Below are positions 40,516-53,867 of a stretch of DNA of 64,000 nt, one piece after another. The position numbers and the translations under genes were made by a program. How positions within the stretch are numbered: the first letter of the stretch is position 1; each line of letters opens with the position of its first letter. The stretch is from the NCBI RefSeq assembly GCF_001194135.2, contig NC_068984.1:130607161-130671160 (forward strand), given 5' to 3'. Origin of the DNA: Octopus bimaculoides. Its lineage: Eukaryota. Below the pieces are notes generated by a model that saw nothing but the letters and a program-made list of their open reading frames with translations, was not told where the DNA came from and made no database searches.

Positions 40516-41879
40516 TGATGATGATGATGATAATAATAATAACAATAATAATAAATTCATAAAATTAATAATAATAAAATTAATGACAATTTCTGACATA
40601 AGTACAAAATTTACAGTTTGTGGGAGAATGTGAGTGTGTGACATTAATGCCAATCTCCAGTTTATTATTAAACTTAAGTGACACAGTTCCAAGAAGAGTT
40701 CAAAGTGACACACTACACACACACACGTAGACACCACCTAAAGCAGTGCATCTTCATGCTTCATATATCCCCACACGTAGACTGACACATGCACCGTATG
40801 CAGAATGACTGCAAACCAGTGCAGCAATGAGTTGATGGGACGGAAATTAACTAATTGTGACTCATTAAGAAAATAAAAATCTGGCAATGGTGATGGGAGG
40901 TGGTGGTGAGTGGGGGGCGATGGTGTTGAGAGGAAGCTGTGAGGGAAGGAGGGTAGAATGTGGGGGTGGCAGTGTGAGGGAGAAGTAGATGGTGGGTAGG
41001 AGTTGAAGAAGTTTTGGTGGGAGGTGGTTCTGAGAATAGTAGTTGGTGGTGGGCAGGAGTGGAGAGGGAAGGTGTTCATCGGTTGTTGCCATCCTATCCA
41101 AAATCTTCATAAACCATCTTCTCTCACTACCACCACCATCTCCACCACCACCACCACCACCACCACCAGCAGCAGTGCCACCTCCACCACCACCACCATC
41201 ATCACCAGCAGCCACAGTAGCACCACAGCCACCACCACCGCCGCTGCTAATATCATCACAACCACAGCTAACAAACACCTCCACCATCACCACTACCATC
41301 CTCATCAACATCATTACCACCACCACCGTCCCCAATATCACTACCACCACCATCACCACTATTACCATCCCCAATGTCGCCATCACCATCACTGCACCAG
41401 TAACCCCAGCGTGATCACCACTAACAAACAGCATCACCACCATGAGCCATTGCAAATTTGCTCGACCTGCTAGAAATAGCAGCAAACTCTCCTGCAAATT
41501 ACACCTGACTATCTTTGGTATTCAGATTACTCTGTCAAATGGAATGCTTATTTATTGACATAGTTTTCAATTAATCATGCATTATCTCACTACTTTGAGA
41601 TTTCGGTGATGTTATTGCTTATTTTTAGAATGACATTGTAGAGTAGGTGTGAGGGACCAGATCTGGCGAGTTTCAACATGAAACGAGTAGAATATTTTGG
41701 CTGGATATGGCTACTTCAAATGCTACAGATTTAAGTAATGTGGAGCTAAGTCAAATTGCTATTAAAAACTTAGAACTTCAGCTAAAGGTGTTCACTGCAA
41801 TTTTCTTTTGATTGTTCAACCACTAACACACACATGATGATCATGATGTATATATATATATATGTTCTGACACTCAGTT

Positions 41880-42187
41880 GGTTATGACAACAAGGGTGCA
41901 ACTTGATCCAATCAACGGAACAGTCTGCTCGTGAAATTAACGTGCAGGTGGCTGAGCACTCCACAGTCACGCATACCCTTAACATAGTTCCTAGGGAGAT
42001 TCAGAGTGACACAGAATGTGACAAGGCTGGTCCTTTGAAATACAGGTACTAACCATTTTTGCCAGCTGAGTGGACTGGAGCAATGTGAAATAAAGTGTCT
42101 TGGTCAAGGACACCACACGCCACCAGTTTTCGAACTCACAACCTTATGATCATGAGCCGAATACCCTAACCACTAAGCCACAAGCCT
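41880..42187 (-). mobile_element. SINE family C variant
   Basis: Shares GATCCAATCAACGGAACAGTCTGCTCGTGAAATTAACGTGCAGGTGGCTGAGCACTCCACAG with the 27183 and 29926 copies. Confidence 0.8.
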
Positions 42188-42189
42188 TT

Positions 42190-42256
<67 letters not shown>

Positions 42257-42866
42257 CATACATTTTTCTATAGAATTTAGAGCCATCACTGTAAGTTATG
42301 ACATTTCATATGCAAATACATCTAAGTAAACAATACAATCAAAGATAGGTATATTTGTATATGAAACATCATAACTTACAGTGTTAGCTCTGAATTCTGT
42401 ACAAAATCTAAAGCAATAAACTTTAAAAATGAGAATATTGCACTGCTAACACAAAAGGTAAGACAACATATTGACTTGTAAAACCATAATACACTTGACA
42501 GTATATTACAATGGTAAAACATAATACTGTGTCCTTGCTCATAATATATACATATAGTTATGCTATATTAGGCAGTGCCAGAACAGCTATGCCAAAATGT
42601 TTCATACACATACAGAGAAACTTAGCCCAAGTGCTCCAAATATTTAGATAAATATTATATATTTTTTGTTCAATGTTATAGTTTTATACTATGTTGTTTT
42701 GTTTATAGGTTTCTTTATATATAATCTGAACCTTCTTCATATTACAATTTCGTTCATCCTATTTCATTGGTGAATTATCAAACAATGAACTGAAGTGAAT
42801 GAAAAAACAAGAACAAGAAAATGTATGAGAAACAGAAAGAAAAATAAAAAACATTGAATTACTTAC

Positions 42867-42939
42867 TGCTGCCTGAATTATACAAAGCTTTTATCGACTT
42901 CTTCATCTTGGTAAGTCCACTTCGGTCATAATCAAGACT
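42867..42939 (-). CDS. ASAP: Internal coding exon (73 bp, phase 0 in, phase 1 out) of an ASAP-family ArfGAP (BAR-PH-ArfGAP-ANK-SH3), N-terminal BAR domain
   Basis: Minus strand reads ...ttaactaatccttctttatttcattttacag|AGTCTTGATTATGACCGAAGTGGACTTACCAAGATGAAGAAGTCGATAAAAGCTTTGTATAATTCAGGCAGCA|gtaagt. It has a CTAAT branch-point motif, a pyrimidine tract, an AG acceptor and a GTAAGT donor. The peptide SLDYDRSGLTKMKKSIKALYNSGS matches recalled human ASAP1 ALDQDRTALQKVKKSVKAIYNSGQ and ASAP2 ALDVDRMVLYKMKKSVKAINSSG. The paralog cannot be assigned. Confidence 0.93.
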
Positions 42940-43244
42940 CTGTAAAATGAAATAAAGAAGGATTAGTTAATAAAGAATAAAGTAAGATAAAGATTTATTA
43001 GTATAAAAAAGATTACACAAATATAAAAATTGAGGGGATAATTATTATCCCCTGATCAACTATGTCTCAAATCATGTTGTCTGAAGATGTGAATGTACAA
43101 TAATAATTTCATTTTATTTTCTTGCATATGTTGCGTATATTGTATGTATTGCATAACTTTATATGTGGTAAGGAATAGAAAGCATTTGTTTACTGAAACG
43201 ATCATAACATCAATTTGAATTTCTCTTTTCCTCATTTAAATTAT

Positions 43245-43303
<59 letters not shown>

Positions 43304-44094
43304 ATGCATCCATGCACATGTGTAATGATTTGACTTAGGCATAGCAATACTAATAACCAGTTATTGGAACTTAATATACTTATACTTTAGTATTATGATG
43401 CGCGTGTACACAGGTGTAAAATAGTATTACTCAAATAAATATTTGGATCGAGGTTATCTAAAATAACCTAACACAGAATTATTATGTTTACACAGAACGC
43501 ACTCCATACTACTCAAATGTAGGTTCGATATTAAACCAACACATGTTGATCTAACACAATAATCAATACGGTTGACCAACACTGTCAACTACTTTCTTTA
43601 TTTGAGCACTCAGGCTCATACAGAGAGGGGGGCAGCATAAGGACAGATAGAACGCCACAGTGGGGACAAAAAACATAAAACGAATGAAAAATGGAAAAAT
43701 GTACAATGTGATGAAATGGCTGCATGCGCCCCACCAATTATTCTAACAGCTTTCTCCCCCATGCAAATTTGGCAACACTATACCACCTTTAAATAAAATC
43801 ACTTCACTCTTTCTACCATCACCCCTTGCCATGGCCATCCAACAAGACTCTCTGTTGAAGTACTTCAATCAAATATTATCTTCCAGAACTGCATTTTACC
43901 CAATGATGAAGGATCACCCAATGATGGTAAACAACCACAATCAGATACAAATCGACCATAATATATGAAGAATGACTAGATATATTATTGTTTTGATTCA
44001 TATTGTTTTGTGTACACCCTTGAATTACAAAATTAAAACTTACCATCCAAATTCCATAGTAATTTATATTACATATATCGCTAGCTTAAAATTG

Positions 44095-44310
44095 GTTTCA
44101 AATTTTGGCAGAAGGATTGCAATTTCAGGTGAGGGGCTAAGTTGATTACAGCAACCCCAGTGTTGAACTGGTACTTATTTTACTGGCCCCAAAAGGATGA
44201 AAGGCAAAGTTAACCTCAGTGGAATTTGGACTTGAAATGTTAAAACAGACAAAATGCTGCCAAGCATTTTGCATAATGTGCTAACGATTCTGGCAGCTTG
44301 CCACCTTCCG
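44095..44310 (-). mobile_element. SINE family A
   Basis: Full reverse copy with TTGGTTTCAAATTTTGGC tail. Confidence 0.8.
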
Positions 44311-44519
44311 CCATCTTTATATTGACAAAGTTATTTTACAGAATCCTTTTATTTTCAAAATCAGTTGAAAGAGAGGCAGTGTATTTCAACAGAAATATGA
44401 TAAAGAAATGGTTAAATCATTCTTTCTTTTTTTTTTTTCCTGAAAATCTCTTCAGACTTGTTTTAAATACTTTAAACAAGGAATTACAAATAAATAAAGA
44501 AATATAAACAGCATTTCTA

Positions 44520-45920
44520 AAATTTCACAAGTAACTGAAAAGATAGGAATAAATCATCAAGAGAAATGGCAAAGAGCAAGAATCAGAACAATACATATTC
44601 ATTCTTAAAATATTCAGCAGATTTGAACATAAATATGCTAATTGCAGTTGTATCAATAATGAATATGTATGTCATCATTTTGATTCTTGCTGTTCACCAT
44701 GCACATGACAATTTATTTTCGGTTGGCAGATATAATCACACAGCAGCAAATAATTTGTTTGCTGATAAGAGTTACAAACACTTATTAAATTCACTGTCTG
44801 GTGTAACTTTAGCTGATGAGATATAACAATGTCAAAACACTGGAGTCCCAAAGTCTCCTTATGTTGATAAATCGAGTGAGTCAGGAACACACATCCATCC
44901 GAAGGAAGTTGTTTTGCAATGAAGAAATACAAGTCAATTCAAAAATTTGCCTGAATGTATCAAAAATGAATACGTATGTTGTTGTTTGTCTTAAAAAGAT
45001 AGGCTTTAAAAAGAAATAAATCAACAAAAATCCGCTGCAAAACTGGGCATTGCTTGCCTGTAATGCAGAGGAGAGGAAGTTAAACAAATACTGGAGTCTG
45101 ACCAGCCATTATCTATTTGTGTCAGTCGTTGTCAAGACCTCAGTTGCTCTCAGACCCTGCATTGTTCATTTCCTCTGCAAAAATCAGGATAACAGCAGCC
45201 CATCTGAGAAATGAGCCCTGCAAGATGTGGGCGCCGTTGCAATGGGTGTCGCTAGCCATTCTTTACAGTAAAGTCATTGCAATTATTATCCGCAAGGAGT
45301 GGCTGACACAGCATTTGGACTGGGATATACAATCTGTTACTTCCTCACCCCATCTTTTTCTGCTCATTTCCCCACACCCTTTCTTCTTTTCCTTTTTGGT
45401 GGTGGGGGGGAGGGTCTGGATAATTTGATATTTTATACTTTTAATTTTTTTCTTTTTTTTCTTGCTGTAAAAATATTTTGCTAAATAAAAATTCCATTCT
45501 TTTATCAGCAAAAATATATTCCAACATAATGATTCTTCCTTCAAACATTGTAATTCTTTCAGAAGGTCGCACTTAGTCATTAAGGGGGTCACAGATCTCC
45601 CACCTCTGGGATACACACTTTCAACATTTCACAGACTTTTTATCAATAGACATCCAGCAGTTATTATATCAGACATATTTGATAATAACTAGATAAGATT
45701 GTTGTTATACTAAAGATACTATATTAGTAGATATAGATTAGTTGCTGTGCAAGGCATGCTGTATCTTCAGGTATACACTAGTTCTTTGAGTAGATAATAA
45801 TTCAGAGCCATTGACATCATGATTAATCTTTCAGCATGCATCCACATGTCTAACATTATGCTCATCATGTTAAATGTGCCAATGAATTCATATAAAATGG
45901 TGTAACTTGCCTACAGCTTA
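44520..45920 (+). pseudogene. Possible highly degraded hAT-superfamily transposase relic
   Basis: Unique coding-like sequence with near-open frames. Fragments CRGEEVKQILESDQPLSICVSRCQDLSCSQ and DVGAVAMG loosely resemble the hAT motifs S...DE.TD.S..QL and DGA..M.G. Many stops; not confirmed. Confidence 0.3.
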
Positions 45921-45939
45921 ATGCTTAAGCAATCTTAAT

Positions 45940-47590
45940 ATTAGTTTCGAGTTTTAACACAAGGCCAGCAGATTTAGGAGAGGGGTAAGTTGATTACATC
46001 AAACCCAGGGCTCAACTAGTACTCATTTTATTGACTCCAAAAGGATGAAAGCAAAGCTGAGCCTTGCTGGAATTTGAGCCCAGAATGCAAAGATGGACAA
46101 AATGTCACTAAACATTTTACCTGGTGTGCTAATGATTCTGCCAGCTCACCACCTTTAAACAATCACAATATTGGTTTTGCACAATTTTGGCATATGGCCA
46201 GCAATTTTGGGGAAGGGGACAGTTGACAACATCAACCACAGTATCAAACTGGTACTTATTTTAACAACCCCAAAAGGACGAAAATTGACCTTGGCAGAAT
46301 TTGAACTCAGAACATAAAGTTCGGAGAAACACCGTTTAGTATTTTGAGCAATTATAATATTAGACGCATCGATGTATTCACATAGAGTAGTGTGACTTGT
46401 CGAAGGTTTAACACTAAACCTTTCACAAGACTAAATGTTAGGTATGTTGATGTATACATACAGAGTGGTGTGCCTTGTCTAAAGTTTAATACTATAACAT
46501 TCATGATACTAATTAATAATTGTTTCTACTATAGGCAGAGCGCCTGAAATTTGGGGGAAGGGGACTAATAAATTACAGTGACCCCAGTGCATAACCGGTA
46601 CTTATTTTATTGATCCCAAAAGGACGGCAAACTCGTAAACTCAACCTTGGCAGAATTTGAACTCAGAACATAAATCCAGACGAAATGTCACTAAGCATTT
46701 CTGTCTGGCATACTAACAATTCTGCCAACTTTCCACCTAATTCATAATATTGGTTTCAAATTTTGGCACAAGGCCAGCAATTTCAGGGGGAGGGGTAAGG
46801 TGATTATAATGGTCTCAGTGCGCAAATGGTACTTATTTCATTAACCCCGAAAGAGTGAATGGCAAAGTTGACCTCAGAAGAATTTGAACTCAGGATTAAA
46901 GAAGGATGGAATGCCACTAAGCACTTGGCATGACACACTAATGATTCTGTCAGCTTGCTGCCTTCACCGTATTCATAATATTAATAATGTTAGATATGTT
47001 GATGTATTCATATAGAATAGTGTGTCTTGTCTAAGTTTTAGGAATACAGCCTCCCTAATACTGATGGTGTTAGTTATGTTAATGAATTCACATAAAGAGG
47101 TGTATCTTGTCTAAAGTTTAACATGGCAAAATTTACCTATACTATAATAATCCTTTCTACTATAGGCATAAGGCCTGAAATTTTGGGGGAGGGGGATAAT
47201 CAATTTCATCGACCCCAGTGTTTTACTGGTACTTAATTTATCAACCCCGAAAGGATGAAAAGCAAAGTCGACCTCGGCGGAATTTGAATGCACAACGTTG
47301 GAATGTGAAATACTGCTAAGCATTTCATTCTGCATGCTAACAATCTTGCCAGCTCGCTGCCTACATTATGATAATACTAATAATTATTTCTACTCTGGGC
47401 ACAAGGCCTTGAAAGTTTTGGGGAAGTGGGCTAGTTGATTATACTGACTCCAGTGCATAACTGGTACTTATTTCATCGACCCCAAAAGATAAAAGGCAAA
47501 GTTGACCTCGGCAGAATTTGAACTCAGATGAAATACTGCTAAGCATTTCGCCCAGCGTGCTAACAATTCTGCCACCTCACCGCCCTTATA
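45940..47590 (-). mobile_element. Six co-oriented family A SINEs interleaved with a ~79-bp tandem repeat
   Basis: Copies at ~45940, 46165, 46520, 46750, 47150 and 47385. Spacer units GATGTATTCA...CTTGTC at 46371, 46449, 47001 and 47081. Confidence 0.85.
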
Positions 47591-47984
47591 ATAACACTAA
47601 TAATGCTAGATATGTTGAAATATTTATGCTAGATATGATGAGGTGTACATATATATACATGTTTAAATGAGGAAACTCAGTTAATGTGCAAGTTTTCCTG
47701 CTTCCAAAAGGTCACATGTCAACAAGGATGTATGACTAGTTTGAACAAAATAACAACTGGCTTTATGACAGCTAGATTCAACCAATTTGAATGCTAAAGA
47801 TTTTATATTACAAATTAAGTAGCGGTATTACAAGGAAAAACACAAAAAGGCAAACTAAGTTAATCTGCAGAAAAGTGAAATTAACAAATGAGTAAATAAG
47901 CTGAAGTCAGATAAATAAAAAATATAGACAAAAATATTTATAAGTAGCATTGCTTATATAATAAGCACAAGTGTTTGGTTCATG

Positions 47985-48015
<31 letters not shown>

Positions 48016-48199
48016 CACATACATAGATGCATATTCTTTTACTTTTTTTGCTTGAGCCTTTAGACTGTGGATATGTTGGGGCAATGACCTGAAGGGGTTA
48101 ATCAATCATATCAACCCCAGTACTTATTTTCTAAAGCATGGTGCTTACTATTTCAGCCTTTTTTTTTTCTTCTCTGAACCACTAAGATACGGGGATGTG

Positions 48200-48520
48200 A
48201 AACATAGGCCGTGACAGCTTAGGACATGCGTACGCTTGCAAGGAATGAAGCCAGTATGCTCTGCTGGACATGTAATGTCAGTGTACATACACGACAGAGT
48301 GTAAGTGCCCCGAGAGAAAAGTTGGACATAAGAAGCATCAGATGTGGTGTGCAAGAGAGACAATGCGATGGTATGGTCATGTGTTGTGTATGGATGAGGA
48401 CAGCTGTGTGAAAAATTGTCACACACTAGAAGTAGAGGGAACCTGTGGAAGAGGTAGACCCAGGAAGATCTGGGATGAGGTGGTGAAGCGGACGTTTAAC
48501 GATGATGACGATGATGATGT
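48200..48520 (+). mobile_element. RTE-clade LINE 3' fragment joined to a (GAT)n tail
   Basis: MRWYGHVLCMDEDSCVKNCHTLEVEGTCGRGRPRKIWDEVVK is the RTE C-terminal motif. It is followed directly by GCGGACGTTTAACGATGATG. Confidence 0.85.
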
Positions 48521-49576
48521 ATGTATGTATAAGGAAAATGTTCTCTATGTGGCTTGTGTGTTTTCTGTACTCTGGTTATTATTATTTTCTTGTCTACGTT
48601 TTGTTTGCAATGTCCTGTACCCAGATATGCACCTATATATACAGGTAGACGTAGGTATGCACATACCTGTACGTATATATGCATATACTCATTTATTATT
48701 TGTTATATATATATATATATATACAGTAGAACCTCGCAGTATGAGTGCCCCATTNNNNNNNNNNNNNNNNNNNNNNNNNNNNNNNNNNNNNNNNNNNNNN
48801 NNNNNNNNNNNNNNNNNNNNNNNNNNNNNNNNNNNNNNNNNNNNNNNNNNNNNNNNNNNNNNNNNNNNNNNNNNNNNNNNNNNNNNNNNNNNNNNNNNNN
48901 NNNNNNNNNNNNNNNNNNNNNNNNNNNNNNNNNNNNNNNNNNNNNNNNNNNNNNNNNNNNNNNNNNNNNNNNNNNNNNNNNNNNNNNNNNNNNNNNNNNN
49001 NNNNNNNNNNNNNNNNNNNNNNNNNNNNNNNNNNNNNNNNNNNNNNNNNNNNNNNNNNNNNNNNNNNNNNNNNNNNNNNNNNNNNNNNNNNNNNNNNNNN
49101 NNNNNNNNNNNNNNNNNNNNNNNNNNNNNNNNNNNNNNNNNNNNNNNNNNNNNNNNNNNNNNNNNNNNNNNNNNNNNNNNNNNNNNNNNNNNNNNNNNNN
49201 NNNNNNNNNNNNNNNNNNNNNNNNNNNNNNNNNNNNNNNNNNNNNNNNNNNNNNNNNNNNNNNNNNNNNNNNNNNNNNNNNNNNNNNNNNNNNNNNNNNN
49301 NNNNNNNNNNNNNNNNNNNNNNNNNNNNNNNNNNNNNNNNNNNNNNNNNNNNNNNNNNNNNNNNNNNNNNNNNNNNNNNGTATAAGGAAAATGTTCTCTA
49401 TGTGGCTTGTGTGTTTTCTGTACTCTGGTTATTATTATTTTCTTGTCTACGTTTTGTTTGCAATGTCCTGTACCCAGATATGCACCTATATATACAGGTA
49501 GACGTAGGTATGCACATACCTGTACGTATATATGCATATACTCATTTATTATTTGTTATATATATATATATATATA

Positions 49577-49975
49577 CAGTAGAACCTCGCAGTATGAGTG
49601 CCCCATTGTATGAGTTATTTGCTGTACTAGCTGAGACTTGTACGAATTTTTGTCTTGAAATACGAGCAGAAATTCACAGTACGAGCACACAAATCGTCCC
49701 ATTTTTAAGGTAATTTAGTTAAGAAAATTCTTTTACAATTGTCTTTTCTATTCTCTTTCATTCTCTTTTTTCACAATTGTCATTTTACTTGTAACTACAC
49801 CTTTTCCGTTTTAAAACCCATAAAAAAATTATTTTCGAGTAGTTTTGTGGGACTGGAACGGATTAATTACATTTTAGTTAATTTCAATGGGGAAAAATTG
49901 CTTTGTAAAACGAGTAAATCGTAAGACGAGTTCGGTCATTGGAACAAATTAAACTCGTACTGAGAGGTATCACTG
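49577..49975. mobile_element. pogo/Tigger-type MITE
   Basis: TIRs CAGTAGAACCTCGCAGTATGAG and CTCGTACTGAGAGGTATCACTG, flanked by TA. Its left end is duplicated before the gap at ~48724. Confidence 0.8.
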
Positions 49976-50657
49976 TATATTAATTACTGGTGGGGACACA
50001 TTATCTCGTTTTGCAACCATAAAATACAACCAAGTATATTAGACGTTTACAAGTCCTTATTCTGTCATTCTGTGTGTTAGAAGTGCAGAGTATTCACTTT
50101 TAAGTGTGTATACAGATTTCCTGTATATAAGCTACACACACACACAGAGAAACAAATGATAAATGCATGGGGTATGTGAAAGGAATGTACTTAGTTAATT
50201 TAGTTCAGTTTACAAGTGTACAAATACAGCGGAGAGCAAGACAGACAACAATAAATAAATAAGTTGGTCAATGAGTTATTGAGTGGAAGTTAAGTTGAGT
50301 GTTGGTACCAACCGCCCAACCAACCAACCAACCAACCAGCCAGCCAGCCAGTTAGCTACCCTTCCTCTCTCTCCATCGCAAGAAAACATTGACACATACA
50401 CATACACTCTGAAATAGTATTTCAGTTAAATATACAGGACAAGACTAAACTGAAAGAGCTACAGTGAAAGTTTTTTTTGTTTTTTTTTTACAACCCTGTT
50501 ACTGATATAATAGAGGTAGATTACACAGTGGGAGTCTGAGATTGGAGTCGGTGGTTGCTAAATAAGTACACTGAGAAGAGTATACAATATTATACTAGTA
50601 CCTCTCATCCAATGTTGTGTAACTTATATATATATATATATATATACTCTTTTACTC

Positions 50658-51063
50658 CCTTTTACTTGTTTCAGTCATTTGACTGTGGCCATGCTGGAGC
50701 ACCGCCTTTAGTAGAGCAAATCGACCCCAGGACTTATTCTTTGTAAGCCTAGTACTTATTCTATCGGTCTCTTTTTGCCGAACCGCTAAGTTACGGGGAC
50801 ATAAACACACCAGCATCGGTTGTCAAGCGATGTTGGGGGGGGGGGGGAACAAACACAGACACACAAACATATATACACACACACACACACACATATATAT
50901 ATACATATATACGACGGGCTTCTTTCAGTTTCCGTCTACCAAATCCACTCACAAGGCTTTGGTCGGCCCGAGGCTATAGTAGAAGACACTTGCTCAAGGT
51001 GCCACGCAGTGGGAATGAACCCGGAACGATGTGGTTGGTAAGCAAGCTACTTACCACACAGCC
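50658..51063 (-). mobile_element. SINE family B, young full-length copy
   Basis: Complete head-to-tail copy, CpG-rich, with internal (CA)/(TA). Confidence 0.9.
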
Positions 51064-51645
51064 TATATATATAGATATCACACACACACACATATATATA
51101 TACATAACATGTATATTTTGTTATCATCATTTAACATCTATGTTCCATGCTGGTGTGTGTAAATAATTCAGAGAGGGGGTTGAGAGGGAGGAGACAGGGA
51201 GAGAGAAGGAGAAAGCAGAAAGAAGAGATAGATAGACAGGTAGAGATACACAGATACACATAAACCCAAATATGTACACACATACATATTTGCTGCTGTG
51301 CGAGTTTGAGGCTGGAATTTTGTAACGCTAGTCCTGTTAATCAATTTTGATAATTACATATGTGCTTTGTTGATTATTTTGGATTGTTGTAAGTGCTTAA
51401 GAGAGCCTGCAGAAAAATAAAAGTACATAACCAAAAAATACAAAAACATATTACTTAATTACTAATTACTGTTATTAGCATGTAATTAAATAAAATAATT
51501 TCTTTTTATGTAATAAGGCACGTGTCATGAATTTTCAATCCTTCCATGTACATACACACACATGCATATACATATGTATATATGTATGTATATATGCATA
51601 TACATATATGCACATATATATATATATATATGCGCATATATATAC

Positions 51646-51678
<33 letters not shown>

Positions 51679-52083
51679 AGTGAATGAGCATGCGTGTGTA
51701 AGTCACAAGGGTAGGTAAGTGAGAGCCTGTTTGATGTGAATCAGTTTGGAAATGCATATAAAAATTGTGGTGAGGCAGGGTGTATATTGGGGTATATGAT
51801 ACAAAGTGTATACGATATGATACAATGTGGTGTAGACTAGTATTTTGAATGAGGGTCCAATGTTTGATATAGGGCCCCATTTGAAACATCTGGTGCAAAA
51901 GTGTAGGTGCATGGCTATTGCAACCACAAGGATTTGGGTTCAGTTCCACTGCATGGCACCTAAGGTGTCTTGCATTATAGCCCTGGGCCAATGAATGTCC
52001 TGTGAATAAATTTGTAGATGGAAACTGAAAGCGGACTGTTTTATATATATGTATATTTATCAACTTGTGTGTGTGTATGTGTG

Positions 52084-52265
52084 TACGAGGTTATGCTAAA
52101 AAGTTCCTGGCTTTAGGAGTATCATGAAAGGTCTGATTGGAGGCCCAAACTTCTGAATTCTTTCACAGGGCTTAGAAAAATTGAGGGGAATCTGTTGAAT
52201 AAAATCATAATTAACTGATCCTCCTGTATTTTGAAACCAAGAATTTTTCAGCATGGAGGCATGTA
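52084..52265. mobile_element. Mariner-type MITE, decayed
   Basis: TACGAGGTTATGCTAAAAAGTTCCTGGCTTT versus AAACCAAGAATTTTTCAGCATGG...GTA (imperfect TIR). Confidence 0.65.
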
Positions 52266-53084
52266 TGTATAAGTATGTGTATATTTGTGTTTTCTTGTCT
52301 TGACATGGTATGATAGTTTTAAAATGTTTGCCACTGTCATACAAAGTGTTATTCATTTCCAATATTCTGCAAGAACATGTCTGGCCATTGGGAAATGTTA
52401 CCTTGCTTGGAAATAGGTGAGGGTTGGCAACAGGTAGAGCATCCAGTAATAGAAAATCTGCCTGAATAAACCCTTTCCAGGCAATGCAAACATGGAAAAG
52501 TAAACATGATTATGATACATACACACACATTTCACCAAGTGTTGGAGGTTCTATCATACATTTTAGCCTTGAACACCTGATAGAAAGCCACTTCTTCCCT
52601 TCAAATATGCTCCCACTCATTCAAAGTGACCCTTTTCCTTTCTTTTCTTTCCTTTGCTTTGCCTGTTACTTGGCAACCTCACTAGTACTGTTGTCACAAA
52701 ATTAAGCATGCATCGCACACTGAAAAATAGTTGACATCGGGAAGGGCATCCAGCAGAAGAAACCATGCCAAAGATAACATTGGGGATGCAACACAGCTCT
52801 GCAGCTTGTCAAATCCAGTCAAACTCTCCCATTGATGCCATCAATTAAAACATTACAGACATTACATGACGATAATGATGATGATGAAGATGCTGGTGAT
52901 GATGATGATGATGATGATGATGCTGATGATGATGATTACATTTCCTACATTGTTGTTAGAATATGTTGATATCGAACTGGTGTAAAACACTGATGCTAAT
53001 TCATATGATGGCCTCTGTATCATTGTCAACTCTTTCACTCGCATTATATTCAACTAACAGCTGTTGCGAGTAAGTGATATATGT

Positions 53085-53239
53085 GTGTGGCTCTGTGGTA
53101 AGAAGCTTGCTTCCCAACCATATGGTTCCAGGTTCAGTCCCACTGTATGGCATCTTGGGTAAATGTCTTCTACTATAGCCTCGAGCCGACCAGAGCCTCA
53201 TGAGTGGATTAATAAATGAAAACTGGAAGAAGCCTGTCG

Positions 53240-53276
<37 letters not shown>

Positions 53277-53480
53277 CTTTGTTTTTCCCCCGACCATCAC
53301 TTGACAACTGATGGTGGTGTCTTTATGTCTCCATAACTTGGCAGTTCAGCAAAAGAGTTTGATAGAATAAGTACTAGGCTTACAAAGAATAAGTCCAGGG
53401 GTTGATTTCTTCAACTAAAAACTCTTTAAGGCAATGCTCCAGCAGGGCTGCAGTCAAATCACTGAAACATGTAAAAGAAT
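53085..53480 (+). mobile_element. SINE family B, full length
   Basis: Head, CORE-like CTTGGGTAAATG, (TA)n(TG)n and tail are present. Confidence 0.85.
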
Positions 53481-53483
53481 ATA

Positions 53484-53529
<46 letters not shown>

Positions 53530-53825
53530 TGCATCAATCCTGGCTGTGTGATGTATGGTTAGCAGCTGGTGCAGTGAGATTTTTTTTTAACCCCTGCAAT
53601 GTGATACACTTACTGGCGAACCCCCCACTTGCAGTAAAGTATACAACAAAGAAAGTTCTTGCAGCCTGATATACAACAGAACAAACACCTGTGGTGTGAT
53701 ATACAACAGAACAAAGCAAACTCCTGCCACTCGAAATGTGATAAACAAAGGAGACGATTTGATATACAACAGATAATTATTTCAGTAGATAATACCTCTC
53801 TATATACGGTCAAGAAATAAATCTG

Positions 53826-53867
<42 letters not shown>

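Noticed and set aside
53620-53775. GATATACAACAGAACAAA repeats with short variable spacers (CRISPR-like look)
   Set aside because: Few irregular degenerate units, spacers of ~12 bp, animal genome and no cas genes. It is a minisatellite.
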